Below are positions 19,320 through 29,586 of a DNA stretch of 64,000 nt, piece after piece. This stretch comes from Gemmatimonadales bacterium (lineage in GTDB: Bacteria > Gemmatimonadota > Gemmatimonadetes > Gemmatimonadales > GWC2-71-9): NCBI GenBank assembly GCA_039794085.1, contig JBDIWC010000019.1, positions 1 to 64,000 of the forward strand. The letters are read 5' to 3'. Position 1 is the first letter of the stretch; each line of letters starts with the position of its first letter. Under the pieces are notes generated by a model that ran no database searches, was not told the DNA's origin, and worked only from the letters and a program-made list of their open reading frames with translations. Made by a program: the position numbers and the translations under genes.

Positions 19320-21644
19320 TTAGGGTCTCCACGCGTAACCCAGCTTCACGAAGAACGTCCGGTCGGTGCGCTCGAGGGGGGAGGATCGGCGATCCACGGT
19401 GGTTTCGCCCGACCAGTTGTCGCCGTAGCCGAGAAAAACCACGGTGAGGGGATTCACCTTGTAGCTCAGGAGGAGCGAGGTGAAGAGTGACTGGTCGGTC
19501 CGGTTCACGGGATTGAGGAACCGATCGGGGTTCCGGTCCACCTGCTGGTACTGCACGATGATTCGGGCCAGGGCGCGGGTGTTCGCGCTGTACACGATGC
19601 GCGCCTGGGAGAGGTTGGCGGTGAAGATCGGGTTCCCGCCGCGGCGGAGGCGCTGGTAGACATGGGAGAGCCGGGTCTCGAGATGCCGTCCGAGGCGGAC
19701 GTCGAGCCACGGCTCCAGTTGCAGGGTCCGGGCGGGCTGGTTGTTGGTGAAATCGATGGCGCCTCCGGCGTTGCCATCGACCCCGAGTCCGAAGGTGCCG
19801 GTGGGGCGGATGGAGCCTCCGAACCAGGTACGGGTGATGTCGTACTCGACCCCCTGGAACCGTTCGTGCCACACATTCGGGTTGATGTAAACATTGGATT
19901 GTCCGGGGCCGTTGTAACTCGCCGAGGCCCACACTCCCTCGACGAGCAGATCGCCGTTCCACTCCTCGTTGTGCCAGGCACCGGCGCGGGCGCTGATCAC
20001 GGTGAACCACGACTGATCGTTGCCCCAGAAGGTCGGTCCTCCCCAGACACTCACGTCTCGCTTCCCGACATCGGGGACGAACCCCGCATCGGCGCGGAAG
20101 CCGGGGGACTGCTGGCCGAAGGTGCTCCGGACCTGCCAAGTCCGGGCCACGGCATCGATCCGTCCCCGCAGGGCCGTTCCCGCGAAGGCATTCGCGGTGT
20201 TCTGGCCGGCACCGACCCCGTCGGGATAGGCCGTCGAGGAGCGAAGCATCTGCAACTGCGCCGTGAGCCATCCCCGGGGCCGGGCCAGCAGGTCCGCCCC
20301 GACCACGCGGTTGTGGTACCCGTCTCCCTCCCGGCCGGTATAGAGCACACCCGCGGTGGAGGAGGTCCCGATGTCCCGGCGGTACCGCCCGATCATGGTC
20401 GTGGCCGCCTGATCGAGGGTCGTGCCCGAGGATCCCTGGGGTCCGGGAAAGATGAGGTTGGTTTCGCGATCCTTCGCCACGAGCAACCCGTAGGCACTCG
20501 ACCCGCTCTTGCCCGAGACCTTGGTGCCGAACTCGGGGCTCGCGATCGTGCGGGTGAACACCGCCTGGATCGGGGTCTGAAAGAGATCCGCCCCCTCAAG
20601 GAAGAACGGACGCCGTTCCGGGAAGAAGAGGGCGAACCGCTGGTTCACGTTGAGCTGGGCCACATCGGCCTCGACCTGGGAAAAGTCGGGGTTCACGGCG
20701 GCATTGACCGTGAGGGCCGGCGTGATGCCGATCCGGGCGTCGAGGCCGAACTCCCGGTCGAGGGGTCCCGCGTCCAGGGATCCTCCCTCGCCGGCGCGGA
20801 CATCGGTCCGGGTTCCCGTGAACGTGGGAGCGATTTCCAGATTGCGTCCCGGTGCGATTCCCTGGAACCCATGCAACAGGGCCGACTGACAGATCAGGCA
20901 GGCGTTGTCCCGGTCCCAGGGCATCGACATGTAGCGCTCGTTGTTGCTCCGGGGCCGCCGGCGCTCGAACCAGACTCCCCAGGACTGGGTTCCGGCCCCC
21001 GCGGGAAACCGCAGCGACTTGAAGGGCACGGCACCCTCCACGATGTACCCGTCGTCCACGATCCGCCCCGCCGAATTCCAGATCGCGTCCCAGGTCACGT
21101 CCGCCGACTCCTGCTGCCACACCGCGTCGAGCTGCACCCCGAGTGCGGAGATGGCAAAGAGAAACCCTCGGCGCGAATCGTTGAACGGGTCGATCCCGAG
21201 AAGAATCCGGTCGTGATTGCCGATCTGGTCGCGGTCGGTGAACCACGCCCGGATCCCGTCGGGGGATCCGTCCCGGGCGTGACAGGCGAAATAGAGGTGG
21301 CGGGCGTCGTACGTTGTGTAGCAGGTGGTGGGAACGGTGGCGGGGATATTATTGCCGGGGTCCACCTCCCAGGGAAGCTCGAACCGGGTGGCCTCCTGCC
21401 AGGCCGGTTCGTCCAGGACCCCGTCGATCCGGATCGTACCGGGAGGGATGAGGGAGATGGTGTGTTCCGACCGGCTGGAGGTGGAGACGCTGGAGATGGT
21501 GGCCGCGGCCGGAATCGCCTCCTGGCCCTCCACGGGGTGGAGAGGGCCGAGGGCAACCGTGCCGACGAGGAGCAAGGTCACCGAACGAAAATATTTTTTC
21601 ACTACAGGGCACAGAACAGGACGCCAGGATGCAGAAGAGGTCAT
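19320..21644 (-). CDS. CBM9-like / DUF5916 outer-membrane protein
   Basis: 'IDGVLDEPAW', 'NPDFSQVEAD', 'FPERRPFFLEG', C-terminal 'FFVKLGYAWRP'; start approximate. Confidence 0.88.
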   Translation of the reverse strand: MTSSASWRPVLCPVVKKYFRSVTLLLVGTVALGPLHPVEGQEAIPAAATISSVSTSSRSEHTISLIPPGTIRIDGVLDEPAWQEATRFELPWEVDPGNNIPATVPTTCYTTYDARHLYFACHARDGSPDGIRAWFTDRDQIGNHDRILLGIDPFNDSRRGFLFAISALGVQLDAVWQQESADVTWDAIWNSAGRIVDDGYIVEGAVPFKSLRFPAGAGTQSWGVWFERRRPRSNNERYMSMPWDRDNACLICQSALLHGFQGIAPGRNLEIAPTFTGTRTDVRAGEGGSLDAGPLDREFGLDARIGITPALTVNAAVNPDFSQVEADVAQLNVNQRFALFFPERRPFFLEGADLFQTPIQAVFTRTIASPEFGTKVSGKSGSSAYGLLVAKDRETNLIFPGPQGSSGTTLDQAATTMIGRYRRDIGTSSTAGVLYTGREGDGYHNRVVGADLLARPRGWLTAQLQMLRSSTAYPDGVGAGQNTANAFAGTALRGRIDAVARTWQVRSTFGQQSPGFRADAGFVPDVGKRDVSVWGGPTFWGNDQSWFTVISARAGAWHNEEWNGDLLVEGVWASASYNGPGQSNVYINPNVWHERFQGVEYDITRTWFGGSIRPTGTFGLGVDGNAGGAIDFTNNQPARTLQLEPWLDVRLGRHLETRLSHVYQRLRRGGNPIFTANLSQARIVYSANTRALARIIVQYQQVDRNPDRFLNPVNRTDQSLFTSLLLSYKVNPLTVVFLGYGDNWSGETTVDRRSSPLERTDRTFFVKLGYAWRP

Positions 21645-21666
21645 GGGACCGCGACTCCGTGGAAGG

Positions 21667-23310
21667 TCAGGCGACAGGTGCACTCTCGGAGTGCTCCTTC
21701 AGGGCGACGGCGCGGAGCAACCGCGTGTCGAAGTGCTGCGAACGGCGGGCCGCTTCCCGGGCCTCCGCCCGCACATCCGGATTCCCATCCTCCAGGCCAC
21801 CCAGGATGGCGTTGCGGGCCGAGAGATCGCAGAGACCCGCGAGGGACCGGAGGGCGAGGCCGCGAACCGCCGGATGGGGGTCGAGTGCCGCCCGGGTGGC
21901 GAGAACCTCGACCAGCGCGTGCGTGCGACTCGGTGTGAGGTTGCCATGCATCATGGTCCGGACCACCCGCAGGGCTCCCGCCCGCACCTCCGCATCCGAA
22001 TGCCCCAGGGAGGCAACGATTCCCTGGAAGATCCGACCTCCGCGCACCCGGGCCAGCGCCTCCGCGGCGCCGACCCGCACGCCCGGATCGTCATCCGTGA
22101 CGGCCTGGACGAGAACGGGAAGACCGAGCCCGAACCCGGCGGCCCCGATGCCTCGGATCGCGGCAAGCCTCGCGGTTCTTTCCCCCTGCACCGCCTGGTC
22201 CACCAGGGACAATTCGAAGGCGGCGAACTTGCCCCACCCGGGGGCCTGAAATGAGGCCACGGGAAGGCCGATGGCCGCGGTCGTGGCCAGCAGGATCACG
22301 GCGGGACGCGGCCGGAGTCCGTCGCGGGGGAGCACAGGAGAGAGGATCGCGGCAATTCGACGGCGAAGCGAGGAGGGTTCCGTGAAGGGGACGCCCCCGC
22401 CTGGAAGAAGAGACCCCGACCCCGCCACGGCGGCCCGTGCGATGTCGATGAGATCGGTCGCATACGTCGATCCACGGTACCCGTGGCGCAGGACCATGTT
22501 GTCGCACGCCTCCTCCTGGGCCAGGCCTGCCCGGCGGGCGAGGTGCCACACCGCGGGGTTGGGCCAGTACAACGCGCGCGTCACTTCCGCCAGCAGGTGA
22601 GCCACCCAGTCCCACCGGACCACATGCGCAATTTCATGGAGCAGCACTCCCCGCAGGCGGGACTCGGACCACCGGTCCGACTCGGCGGGCAGCAGGATCA
22701 CCGGTCGCATCACCCCCCAGGTGATGGGGACCGGGAGCCCGGGCGTCAGGTGCACCTGGAGAGTGCGCTTGAGCCCCGATTCGGAGGCGACCCGGAGAGC
22801 CATGGCGCGCAACCGGCCATCGGCCGGCTGCGACTGACGCGTCAACGCGGCCAGGCGCGTGAGCCCGAGTCCGAGATGGAACAGGAGGAGGAGAGCGCCT
22901 CCTCCCCACGCCACCGTGATGCCGAACCGGACCTCGGCTCGCAGGTGCCAGGGGCGATCCCCCACGCTGGTGCCCGGCTCGGCGGCGAGAAGCTGGGCTC
23001 GGGGAGCCGTTGCGCCGAGAGGAGAGAGGGCCCGGATCGTCTCGAGTATTGCGGGGTCAAGCGATGGAGACGCGACAACGGCGACACCGGCGGCGCTCGC
23101 AGAAGAGGAGGGAGCAGCACGGGTGACCGGAGCTGATACCGTCCATTCGGGGAGCGACCAGGTGACGAAGGGAATGACGAGGAGGGCCCCGATCGCGGCG
23201 GCCAGCACCGCGTAGCGAACCGAGGCCGAGTGCCTCCGGAAGAGCCACGCGCTGAATGAGGCCAGGGCCACGATGAGGGTGGCCTTCACGAACAGGAGCA
23301 CCAGAAGCAT
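21667..23310 (-). CDS. BlaR1-like M56 metallopeptidase with C-terminal HEAT repeats
   Basis: 'PITWG..RPVILLP', 'LLHEIAHVVRWD', 'EEACD'; HEAT repeats 'DPGVRVGAAEAL'. Confidence 0.9.
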   Translation of the reverse strand: MLLVLLFVKATLIVALASFSAWLFRRHSASVRYAVLAAAIGALLVIPFVTWSLPEWTVSAPVTRAAPSSSASAAGVAVVASPSLDPAILETIRALSPLGATAPRAQLLAAEPGTSVGDRPWHLRAEVRFGITVAWGGGALLLLFHLGLGLTRLAALTRQSQPADGRLRAMALRVASESGLKRTLQVHLTPGLPVPITWGVMRPVILLPAESDRWSESRLRGVLLHEIAHVVRWDWVAHLLAEVTRALYWPNPAVWHLARRAGLAQEEACDNMVLRHGYRGSTYATDLIDIARAAVAGSGSLLPGGGVPFTEPSSLRRRIAAILSPVLPRDGLRPRPAVILLATTAAIGLPVASFQAPGWGKFAAFELSLVDQAVQGERTARLAAIRGIGAAGFGLGLPVLVQAVTDDDPGVRVGAAEALARVRGGRIFQGIVASLGHSDAEVRAGALRVVRTMMHGNLTPSRTHALVEVLATRAALDPHPAVRGLALRSLAGLCDLSARNAILGGLEDGNPDVRAEAREAARRSQHFDTRLLRAVALKEHSESAPVA

Positions 23311-23313
23311 CTG

Positions 23314-23709
23314 CTACCTTCCTTCCTTGCGGGCGTCCTCGATGGCATCGGCAATGCGGCGGAGCTCGGCCCGAGTCAACTGGTCCCCGGAGGCGTCCAG
23401 CAGGGCCACGAAAGCCTGGGATGGGGATCCCGAGAAGAAGGTCCCCAGAAGGTGGCGCACCGCCTTCCGGCTGGCGGAATCCCGGGAGACCACCGGGTAG
23501 TAGATGTTCCGGTTCCCGTCCATCCGGTGCTTCAGAAACCCCTTCCGCTCCAGAATGCCGAGGGTGACCCGGATGGAGTGGTACCCCGCCTCGTCGTCGA
23601 GGTGGTGGGCCACGTCCAGGGCCCCCGCCTCGCCCAGGTGGTAAATGGCATCCATGATCTGACGCTCGCGACGGCTCTGGCGGCTGGGATCGGGCGCTCT
23701 TGATGGCAT
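23314..23709 (-). CDS. BlaI/MecI/CopY family repressor
   Basis: 'SRRERQIMDAIY', 'LERKG', 'TFFSGSPSQA'. Confidence 0.92.
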   Translation of the reverse strand: MPSRAPDPSRQSRRERQIMDAIYHLGEAGALDVAHHLDDEAGYHSIRVTLGILERKGFLKHRMDGNRNIYYPVVSRDSASRKAVRHLLGTFFSGSPSQAFVALLDASGDQLTRAELRRIADAIEDARKEGR

Positions 23710-23997
23710 CGGGTCGGTCCGGAAAGGGGATCCGGTTAATGTAATTCCTTTTTCCCCTACGGCAGGGTCCGGCTGCGGGTTTCAGGCAGGGTAGACGGTA
23801 GGCGGTAGGTGGCGGTAGGTGGCGGTGGGGTACCCTGGGAGCGCCGGGCTCCATCCCGGCGAGCACCCCAGTCATTCTTCCCCTCCTCCTAATGTCCTAT
23901 GTCCTACGTCCCGATTCTTGGCCATCGGGGTGTGGGAAGGGGTCTGAACACTGAACACTGAACTGAACTGAGCACTGCCCATGGGTGAGGATGGCTA

Positions 23998-24346
23998 TAG
24001 TCCCTTACGGACAAAATTGAACACAAAACGGCAACAATTTCCTGGGCGACGCCCGAGAACCCGCGTCGCGAAAGGGGCGGAACCACCGATGACGCAGATG
24101 ACACGGAGCCCCCCCCCGCCGACTCGACGCGGGACCGGTCTGGGGAGGACTCCTCTGAGTCATCTGTGTCATCCGCGGTCTGCTTCCGGGGGCGCGGTGT
24201 GGCGCGTGGACGCTCGGGGTGGCGGTTTTGTTCTTTTTGTGCTTTTTGTGGTTGGCTGTCCGGAAGTAGGGAGGGGCGCTCCAGCTGAACGTGAACCCAT
24301 GCCGAGCCGGAAGACACCCAATGTGGTTCCGGCTTTGCCGGGTTAG
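23998..24346. mobile_element. MITE-like composite element with the same ends as 4784-4980
   Basis: tagtcccttacgg...ttgaacacaaaacggcaacaat and ggttccggctttgccgggttag; internal inverted repeat gatgacgcagatgac/gtcatctgtgtcatc. Confidence 0.6.
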
Positions 24347-24447
24347 GAGACAGCCGGCAGGCGGTGGGCTGCAGAGGAAAGGCCGTCATTACGGAGTCCC
24401 GATCCCCCCTCTCCCGCCCTGCGGGAGAGGGGCCGGGGGTGAGGGCT

Positions 24448-24849
24448 CTACCCTCCGAACGGCTTGATCCGCGGCACCAGCCCGCCCACCACGAGCCCGA
24501 TCCCCAGAACCTCCAGAATCCTCCCCGGAGGAGTGAGGCCGAGCGAGGTCACGGCACCGAGACCGGCCAGCACGATGCCCGTGTTCAGGAGCACCCAACC
24601 CGCCTGGGGCAGGAGGTCGAACCCGCGGGCCTGCCCCTTCGGGAACTTGGGGAACATCCACCACGCCACACCCAGGGCGAGCTGGACCAGCCATCCGAAG
24701 AGGAGCATCTCGCGGTGCAGAGGGAGCAGGGCGAACACCTCGGGCCCCAGGACCCCTCCGCGGGTGGCAAGCATCAGGGCACCGAGGAGGACGCCGAGGC
24801 CGAGGTGAAGGATGGCGGTGCGGATGAGCCGGATGCTGGCGGCCGGCAT
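24448..24849 (-). CDS. Four-TM membrane protein (NnrS/COX1-like fragment family)
   Basis: 'HREMLLFGWLVQLALGVAWWMFP'; start overlaps the upstream stop. Confidence 0.75.
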   Translation of the reverse strand: MPAASIRLIRTAILHLGLGVLLGALMLATRGGVLGPEVFALLPLHREMLLFGWLVQLALGVAWWMFPKFPKGQARGFDLLPQAGWVLLNTGIVLAGLGAVTSLGLTPPGRILEVLGIGLVVGGLVPRIKPFGG

Positions 24850-25256
24850 CAGCGAAGCCGGATCCGGGGCCAGATGAGGACACTCCACGAGAGCACAGAC
24901 ATGGCCTGCAGGATGGCGGAGACGATAAGCGCGGGGGTGGCGACCGGTCCCGGCGCCGAGGGCTCGGCCACGACCCGCAGGAGGAGCCCGGCGTTGAGCA
25001 GGACGAGCGCCGTCCAGGCCAGGGCCTCGGGACCTCTCGGAGGACGGGTGGGGTGCCGCGGAAACATCCAGAACGAGACGCCGAAGATCAGTTGGGTGAG
25101 CCACCCCATCACCAGGAGATGGAGGGAGACAGGGGCGGAGCGGGCCACGTAGGGGAATTCCTGCCCGAGCCCCACCCCCTCGGCGAGGAGAAGAAGGAGG
25201 GCCGCGAGGAGCGCCACGATGCCGGCGCGCAGAAACCAGCGGGTCACGGTGGGCGT
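24849..25256 (-). CDS. Four-TM membrane protein, paralogue of the downstream gene; possible ACG start
   Basis: 'HLLVMGWLTQLIFGVSFWMFPR'; AGGAG-8 nt-ACG CCC ACC GTG; GTG alternative at 25247. Confidence 0.75.
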   Translation of the reverse strand, partial: TPTVTRWFLRAGIVALLAALLLLLAEGVGLGQEFPYVARSAPVSLHLLVMGWLTQLIFGVSFWMFPRHPTRPPRGPEALAWTALVLLNAGLLLRVVAEPSAPGPVATPALIVSAILQAMSVLSWSVLIWPRIRLR

Positions 25257-25314
25257 GGGGAGATCTCCTGGATCCGGGTGAAGTCAGCCATGCGTCGATT
25301 GTCGTGACGAAACT

Positions 25315-26069
25315 TAGTCCCTCACACAAGATCGGACGCAAAACGGCAACAATACTGGTGCCGACGGCCGGAAACCATCACCGGCGGCCTGTAGGCCGCC
25401 GCTGGGTGAAATGTGACGCCATCGTACGGGCCGTTCGCGAACGGCCCGTACAGGGCTGGAGCATGGCGCAGGGGCCGTTCACGAACGGCCCGTACAGGGC
25501 TGGAGGGTGGCAGGAAGAGGATTCAACCACGAAAAGGCACGTCTTTCGTGGTTCCCATCAGGACGATCCACGGAAAACCCGGAAGAGCCGACAATGGATT
25601 CCCGCGTGCGCGGGAATGACGGTCGGTAGCGGTCCCGTCGAGGGATCAGAGATTCCTGGTCCTTCACACACAAGATCGGACGCAAAACGGCAACAACACT
25701 GTTGGCGACGGCCGGAAACCATCACCGGCGGCCTGTAGGCCGCCGCTGGGTGAAATGTGACGCCATCGTACGGGCCGTTCGCGAACGGCCCGTACAGGGC
25801 TGGAGCATGGCGCAGGGGCCGTTCACGAACGGCCCGTACTGGGCTGGAGCATGGCGCAGGGGCCGTTCACGAACGGCCCGTACTGGGCCGGAGGGTGGCA
25901 GGAAGAGGATTCAACCACGAAAGGGCACGATAGGCACGAACGGAGGGAGCCGCTTCTGTTCGCGCGTTTCGTGTATTTCGTGGTTCCCATCATCGGAGGA
26001 ACCGACGATGGATTCCCGTGTGCGCGGAATGACGGCCGGTGAGGGTGCCGTCAAGGGATCAGAGATTCC
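25315..26069. repeat. Tandem duplication (period 344 bp) with 2 then 3 REP-like hairpins at 43-bp spacing
   Basis: cacacaagatcggacgcaaaacggcaacaa at 25323 and 25667; ggggccgttcrcgaacggcccgtac units. Confidence 0.9.
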
Positions 26070-27042
26070 GGAAGGCCTGCCGAAACCGGTCCAGAATGGC
26101 AGGCACCGGCTCCACGGCGTCGATGCCGGCCACGCTCTTGCCGGCCTGCCAGTAGTCCCGGGTGCCGGACTCGTCGAGCGAGGCGCGCTTCAACTGCCAG
26201 AGCGACCGCAGGGCATACAGGGTGCGCATCCACCGCTTCCGTCTCCGGCCGCGCAGCATCCACCGGGCCAGAGGGCCCGCGGTCAATCCCATCCGTTCGA
26301 TCCAGGGGGTCCGGATCACCGACACCGGCACCCCCGTGATGCGCTCCGTCAGGACGATGTCGCTCTCGCCCGCCTTCACGATGGCCTGCTTGTAGACCTC
26401 GCTGGCCCGGCACTCGGGAGTGGCGATGAAGCGGGTCCCCATCTGGACCCCGGCGTATCCGAGGCGGAGTGCCGCCACCAGCTCGTCCGGAGTGCTGACG
26501 CCGCCGGCACAGATGAGCGGGAGGCCAAGATCGTGCAGGGTGTCAAACAGCTGTTGGGGAGACAGCGGGCCGGCGTGTCCCCCCGCGCGCCGGTTGACGC
26601 CGATGAGGCCGTGAACTCCGGCGTCGCGGCCCTTGAGCGCCCACTTCCGCTCGGTGACATCGTGATAGACGATCCCCCCGTGTGGCGTCACCAGGTCCAC
26701 CACCCACCGGGGGTTCCCCAGCGAGGTGACGAAGAACCGGACCCCCTCCTCCAGGGCGACCGACACCCAGCGCACCATCCGCTCGTGATACTGGCGGGAG
26801 GATTGTTCGATGAGGGCGTTGAGTCCCATGGGCCTGGCCGTGAGGGACCGGATGTGGCGGAGCCCCTCCCGATACTCCCACCCATGCACGTAGGTCAGGG
26901 AAATCGGCTGGACGATGCCGATCCCTCCCGCCTCGCTCACGGCGGCCACCAGCTCCGGGTTGCTGCAGGGATACATGGCTCCCCCGATGACCGGCAATTC
27001 GACGCCGACATGGTCGAGGAAACGCTCGTCGAATCCGGTCAT
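26059..27042 (-). CDS. Nitronate monooxygenase family flavoprotein
   Basis: 'GGAMYPCSNPELVAAVSEAGG', 'AGGHAG', 'VQMGTRFIAT', 'WQAGKSV'. Confidence 0.92.
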   Translation of the reverse strand: MTGFDERFLDHVGVELPVIGGAMYPCSNPELVAAVSEAGGIGIVQPISLTYVHGWEYREGLRHIRSLTARPMGLNALIEQSSRQYHERMVRWVSVALEEGVRFFVTSLGNPRWVVDLVTPHGGIVYHDVTERKWALKGRDAGVHGLIGVNRRAGGHAGPLSPQQLFDTLHDLGLPLICAGGVSTPDELVAALRLGYAGVQMGTRFIATPECRASEVYKQAIVKAGESDIVLTERITGVPVSVIRTPWIERMGLTAGPLARWMLRGRRRKRWMRTLYALRSLWQLKRASLDESGTRDYWQAGKSVAGIDAVEPVPAILDRFRQAFRNL

Positions 27043-27497
27043 GCGGGACGGAGTCTCCAGGTGACCACGATCCGGGCCACGATCTCCTCCTCGGCGTTCC
27101 GGATCTCCGCGGTCACGTCCACCGCGGTCTCCTCGGTGATCGCCGGCGGGAGGGCGACGGTGCTGGTGGCCGTGAGCGTCCCCCGGGCCTTCTTCTCGTA
27201 CTCGATGGTGAGTCCGGTCACGATGCTCTTGATTCCCGACGGGAGGATCGTCAGCATGGCGAGCCCGCTTGTCACCTCTCCCAGGTTGACCAGAGCCACG
27301 GCGTGGATCGAGTCGAGGTGATTGCGCACCTTTCGGCGATCCCGCAGGGTGACCCGCACCCGCCCCGGCTCCAGTTCGCGCACATGGGCGCCGATGGTTC
27401 CGGTGTAGGGGACCATCCATCCGAGGATCCGGCTGAAGAGCCAGGTTCCTCCGGGAAGGGGGTGGAGCCGGGACCAGAGCCGAGCCAGGGTGGGCAT
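27039..27497 (-). CDS. Hotdog-fold thioesterase (DUF4442/PaaI)
   Basis: 'PYTGTIG', 'VRNHLDSIHAVALVNLGE', 'EYEKKARG'. Confidence 0.9.
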   Translation of the reverse strand: MPTLARLWSRLHPLPGGTWLFSRILGWMVPYTGTIGAHVRELEPGRVRVTLRDRRKVRNHLDSIHAVALVNLGEVTSGLAMLTILPSGIKSIVTGLTIEYEKKARGTLTATSTVALPPAITEETAVDVTAEIRNAEEEIVARIVVTWRLRPA

Positions 27498-27699
27498 GGA
27501 AGTTCGAAGTTGGAAGTTTGAAGTTTGAAGGGTGAAGTTCGGCGTTCTCCGGAAGATAATGACCATGCCCTCCCCCACCCTTCTCTCTTCCGTCCCCACC
27601 AGGCATACTTCACCTTCATTCGTCATATATCACCCTCACCCGTCATAATATCAAACCTTTTCAAACTTCCAACTTCACACTTCAAACTTCTCCGGCGCC

Positions 27700-28617
27700 G
27701 TGAAACCAGAATTTCTTGTGATTTCGTGGGAAGTCCGGGAGGCGATGGCCACCGGCCAGGCGGTCGTGGCTCTCGAGTCGACGGTGATTGCCCATGGGTT
27801 GCCGTGGCCCGACAATCTGTCGCTCGCGCGGGCGCTCGAGTCGGAGGTGCGGGACGCCGGTGCCATCCCCGCGACCATCGCGCTGCGGGAGGGGGTGCTT
27901 CGGATCGGACTCGCGGAGGACGACCTCACCTGGCTCGCCACCGAGGGGCGGTCGATTCCGAAGGTCAGCCGGCGGGACCTTCCGGTGGCCCTGGCCCGGG
28001 GGGCGTCCGGTGCCACGACGGTGGCGGCCACGATGCTGGCGGCCCGCCTCGCCGGGATCGAGGTCATGGGCACCGGGGGGATCGGCGGAGTGCACCGGGG
28101 ACATCACACCGACGTCTCCGCCGACCTGCCCGAACTCGCCCGTACCCCGGTTCTCGTGGTCTGTTCCGGCGCCAAGGCGATTCTCGATCTGCCGGCCACG
28201 CTGGAATGGCTGGAGACGTGGGGGATTCCGGTCGTGGGGTACGGCACCGACCGGTTTCCCGCCTTCTGGTGCCGGGATTCCGGGATTCCTCTCGAGGCGC
28301 GGGTGGACTCGCCGGACCAGGCGGCGGCCCTGTTCCGTCACCTGCGGGAGATGGAGCTCGGCACCGGCATGGTGCTGTGCGTCCCCTGCCCCGAGGCGGA
28401 GGCGATGGAACGGGAGGAGATGGAGACGGTGATCACCGCCGCCGTCCTTGCCGCGGACCGGGAGGGGATCACCGGGAAGGGGGTGACGCCGTGGCTGCTC
28501 CGGCGGGTGGCGGATCAGACCGGGGGACGCAGCGTCACCGCCAACCTGGCGCTGCTGAAACAGAATGCGCGGGTGGCGGCACAGGTGGCGGTGGCGGTGG
28601 GGAAGGCGGAAGTGTGA
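27700..28617 (+). CDS. psuG: Pseudouridine-5'-phosphate glycosidase
   Basis: 'VVALESTVIAHG', 'KVSRRDL', 'TGGIGGVHRG', 'DVSADL', 'GKGVTPWLL'. Confidence 0.95.
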   Translation: MKPEFLVISWEVREAMATGQAVVALESTVIAHGLPWPDNLSLARALESEVRDAGAIPATIALREGVLRIGLAEDDLTWLATEGRSIPKVSRRDLPVALARGASGATTVAATMLAARLAGIEVMGTGGIGGVHRGHHTDVSADLPELARTPVLVVCSGAKAILDLPATLEWLETWGIPVVGYGTDRFPAFWCRDSGIPLEARVDSPDQAAALFRHLREMELGTGMVLCVPCPEAEAMEREEMETVITAAVLAADREGITGKGVTPWLLRRVADQTGGRSVTANLALLKQNARVAAQVAVAVGKAEV

Positions 28618-29140
28618 AGTTCGAAGTTCGAAGTTCGAAGTTTGAAGGGAGACGGACCTCTATCGGAGCGTCACCCCGGCGCACGCCGGGGTCCACTGGC
28701 CGGGTGATGCATGATGCAGGGGCGGCATCTCTTTCGCCGGTGGTGGGTGCAATGACTCACGCGAAGACGCGAAGTCGCGAAGGCAAGCGGGGCCTCGGCC
28801 TCTCTCGGAGCGTCACCCCGGCGGACGCCGGGGTCCATTGGCCGGGTGACGTAGGGGCGAAATACTTTCGCGAGGATGACTCACGCGAAGACGCGAACGG
28901 AAGTGTGAAGTTCGAAGTTTGAAGTTTGAAGGGAGACGGACCTCCCTCGGAGCGTCACCCCTGAAGTCAGGCACGTGATTGAGGAGAGGGATCGGGACAG
29001 GTGGAGGGGATGGGTCCCTACCGCCTGCCGCCCATCGCCTACCGCCTACGATGGCCGTCACCCCGGCGCACGCCGGGGTCCACTGGCTGTGTGATGCATG
29101 AAGCAGGGGCGGCATCTCTTTCGCCCGTGGCGGGTGCAAC
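28609..29140. repeat. Mosaic repeat cluster with internal duplications
   Basis: GAAGTT tract+gggagacggacctc at 28609 and 28900; ggggtccactgg..gcaggggcggcatctctttcgcc..gggtgcaa at 28687 and 29075. Confidence 0.85.
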
Positions 29141-29371
29141 ATCCTTGTTGAGGATGTGATCGCAGGCCTGCCGGACGCCCTCGTTGTGGAGGACTACCCC
29201 ACCTACCCGAAAGGCCCGTGCGTCCTGGTGCTTCAACGCGATTCGAGTGGGTTGCCGATCCATGTCGTGTGGGGTATTCCTGCAGGGAAGGATTCGCCGG
29301 GGGTCCTGATCACGGCGTATCGGCCGGACCCGGGGAGGTGGGACGAGACGTTTCGAAGGAGGTTAGCGTGA
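29141..29371 (+). pseudogene. 5'-truncated DUF4258 toxin
   Basis: '[41 protein letters not shown]'; the N-terminal part is missing and the frame abuts a repeat. Confidence 0.7.
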
Positions 29372-29586
29372 GCATCAAGTCGATGACGAAGCTCGTGCGA
29401 GAGGGTGACCTCATCGCCGAGGTTGCCGTTGAACTCCGTGAGGATGCGGGCGACTGGTCCCCGACCATGTCGGTGGCGGACGCGACGAAACTGGACGAGG
29501 TTCGGCGCGCACTCCTTTCGGGAGACGTGCGCCGGGCATCCCGCCTTGCCGACAGAGTCTATCGCCTGACGCCGATCGCCAGTTGA
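29368..29586 (+). CDS. Putative antitoxin partner of DUF4258
   Basis: GTG with AAGGAGG, overlapping the toxin stop; '[36 protein letters not shown]'. Confidence 0.8.
   Translation: MSIKSMTKLVREGDLIAEVAVELREDAGDWSPTMSVADATKLDEVRRALLSGDVRRASRLADRVYRLTPIAS

Noticed and set aside
19662..21938. Long antisense ORFs (also 7725-9593, 17480-19168, 37841-39955, 49163-50998, 61278-62765)
   Set aside because: These are shadow frames opposite well-supported genes, as expected at high GC3.
25420..25890. CRISPR-like 43-bp periodic palindromes
   Set aside because: The intervening sequences are identical rather than unique spacers, and there are no cas genes; this is a REP-like tandem.
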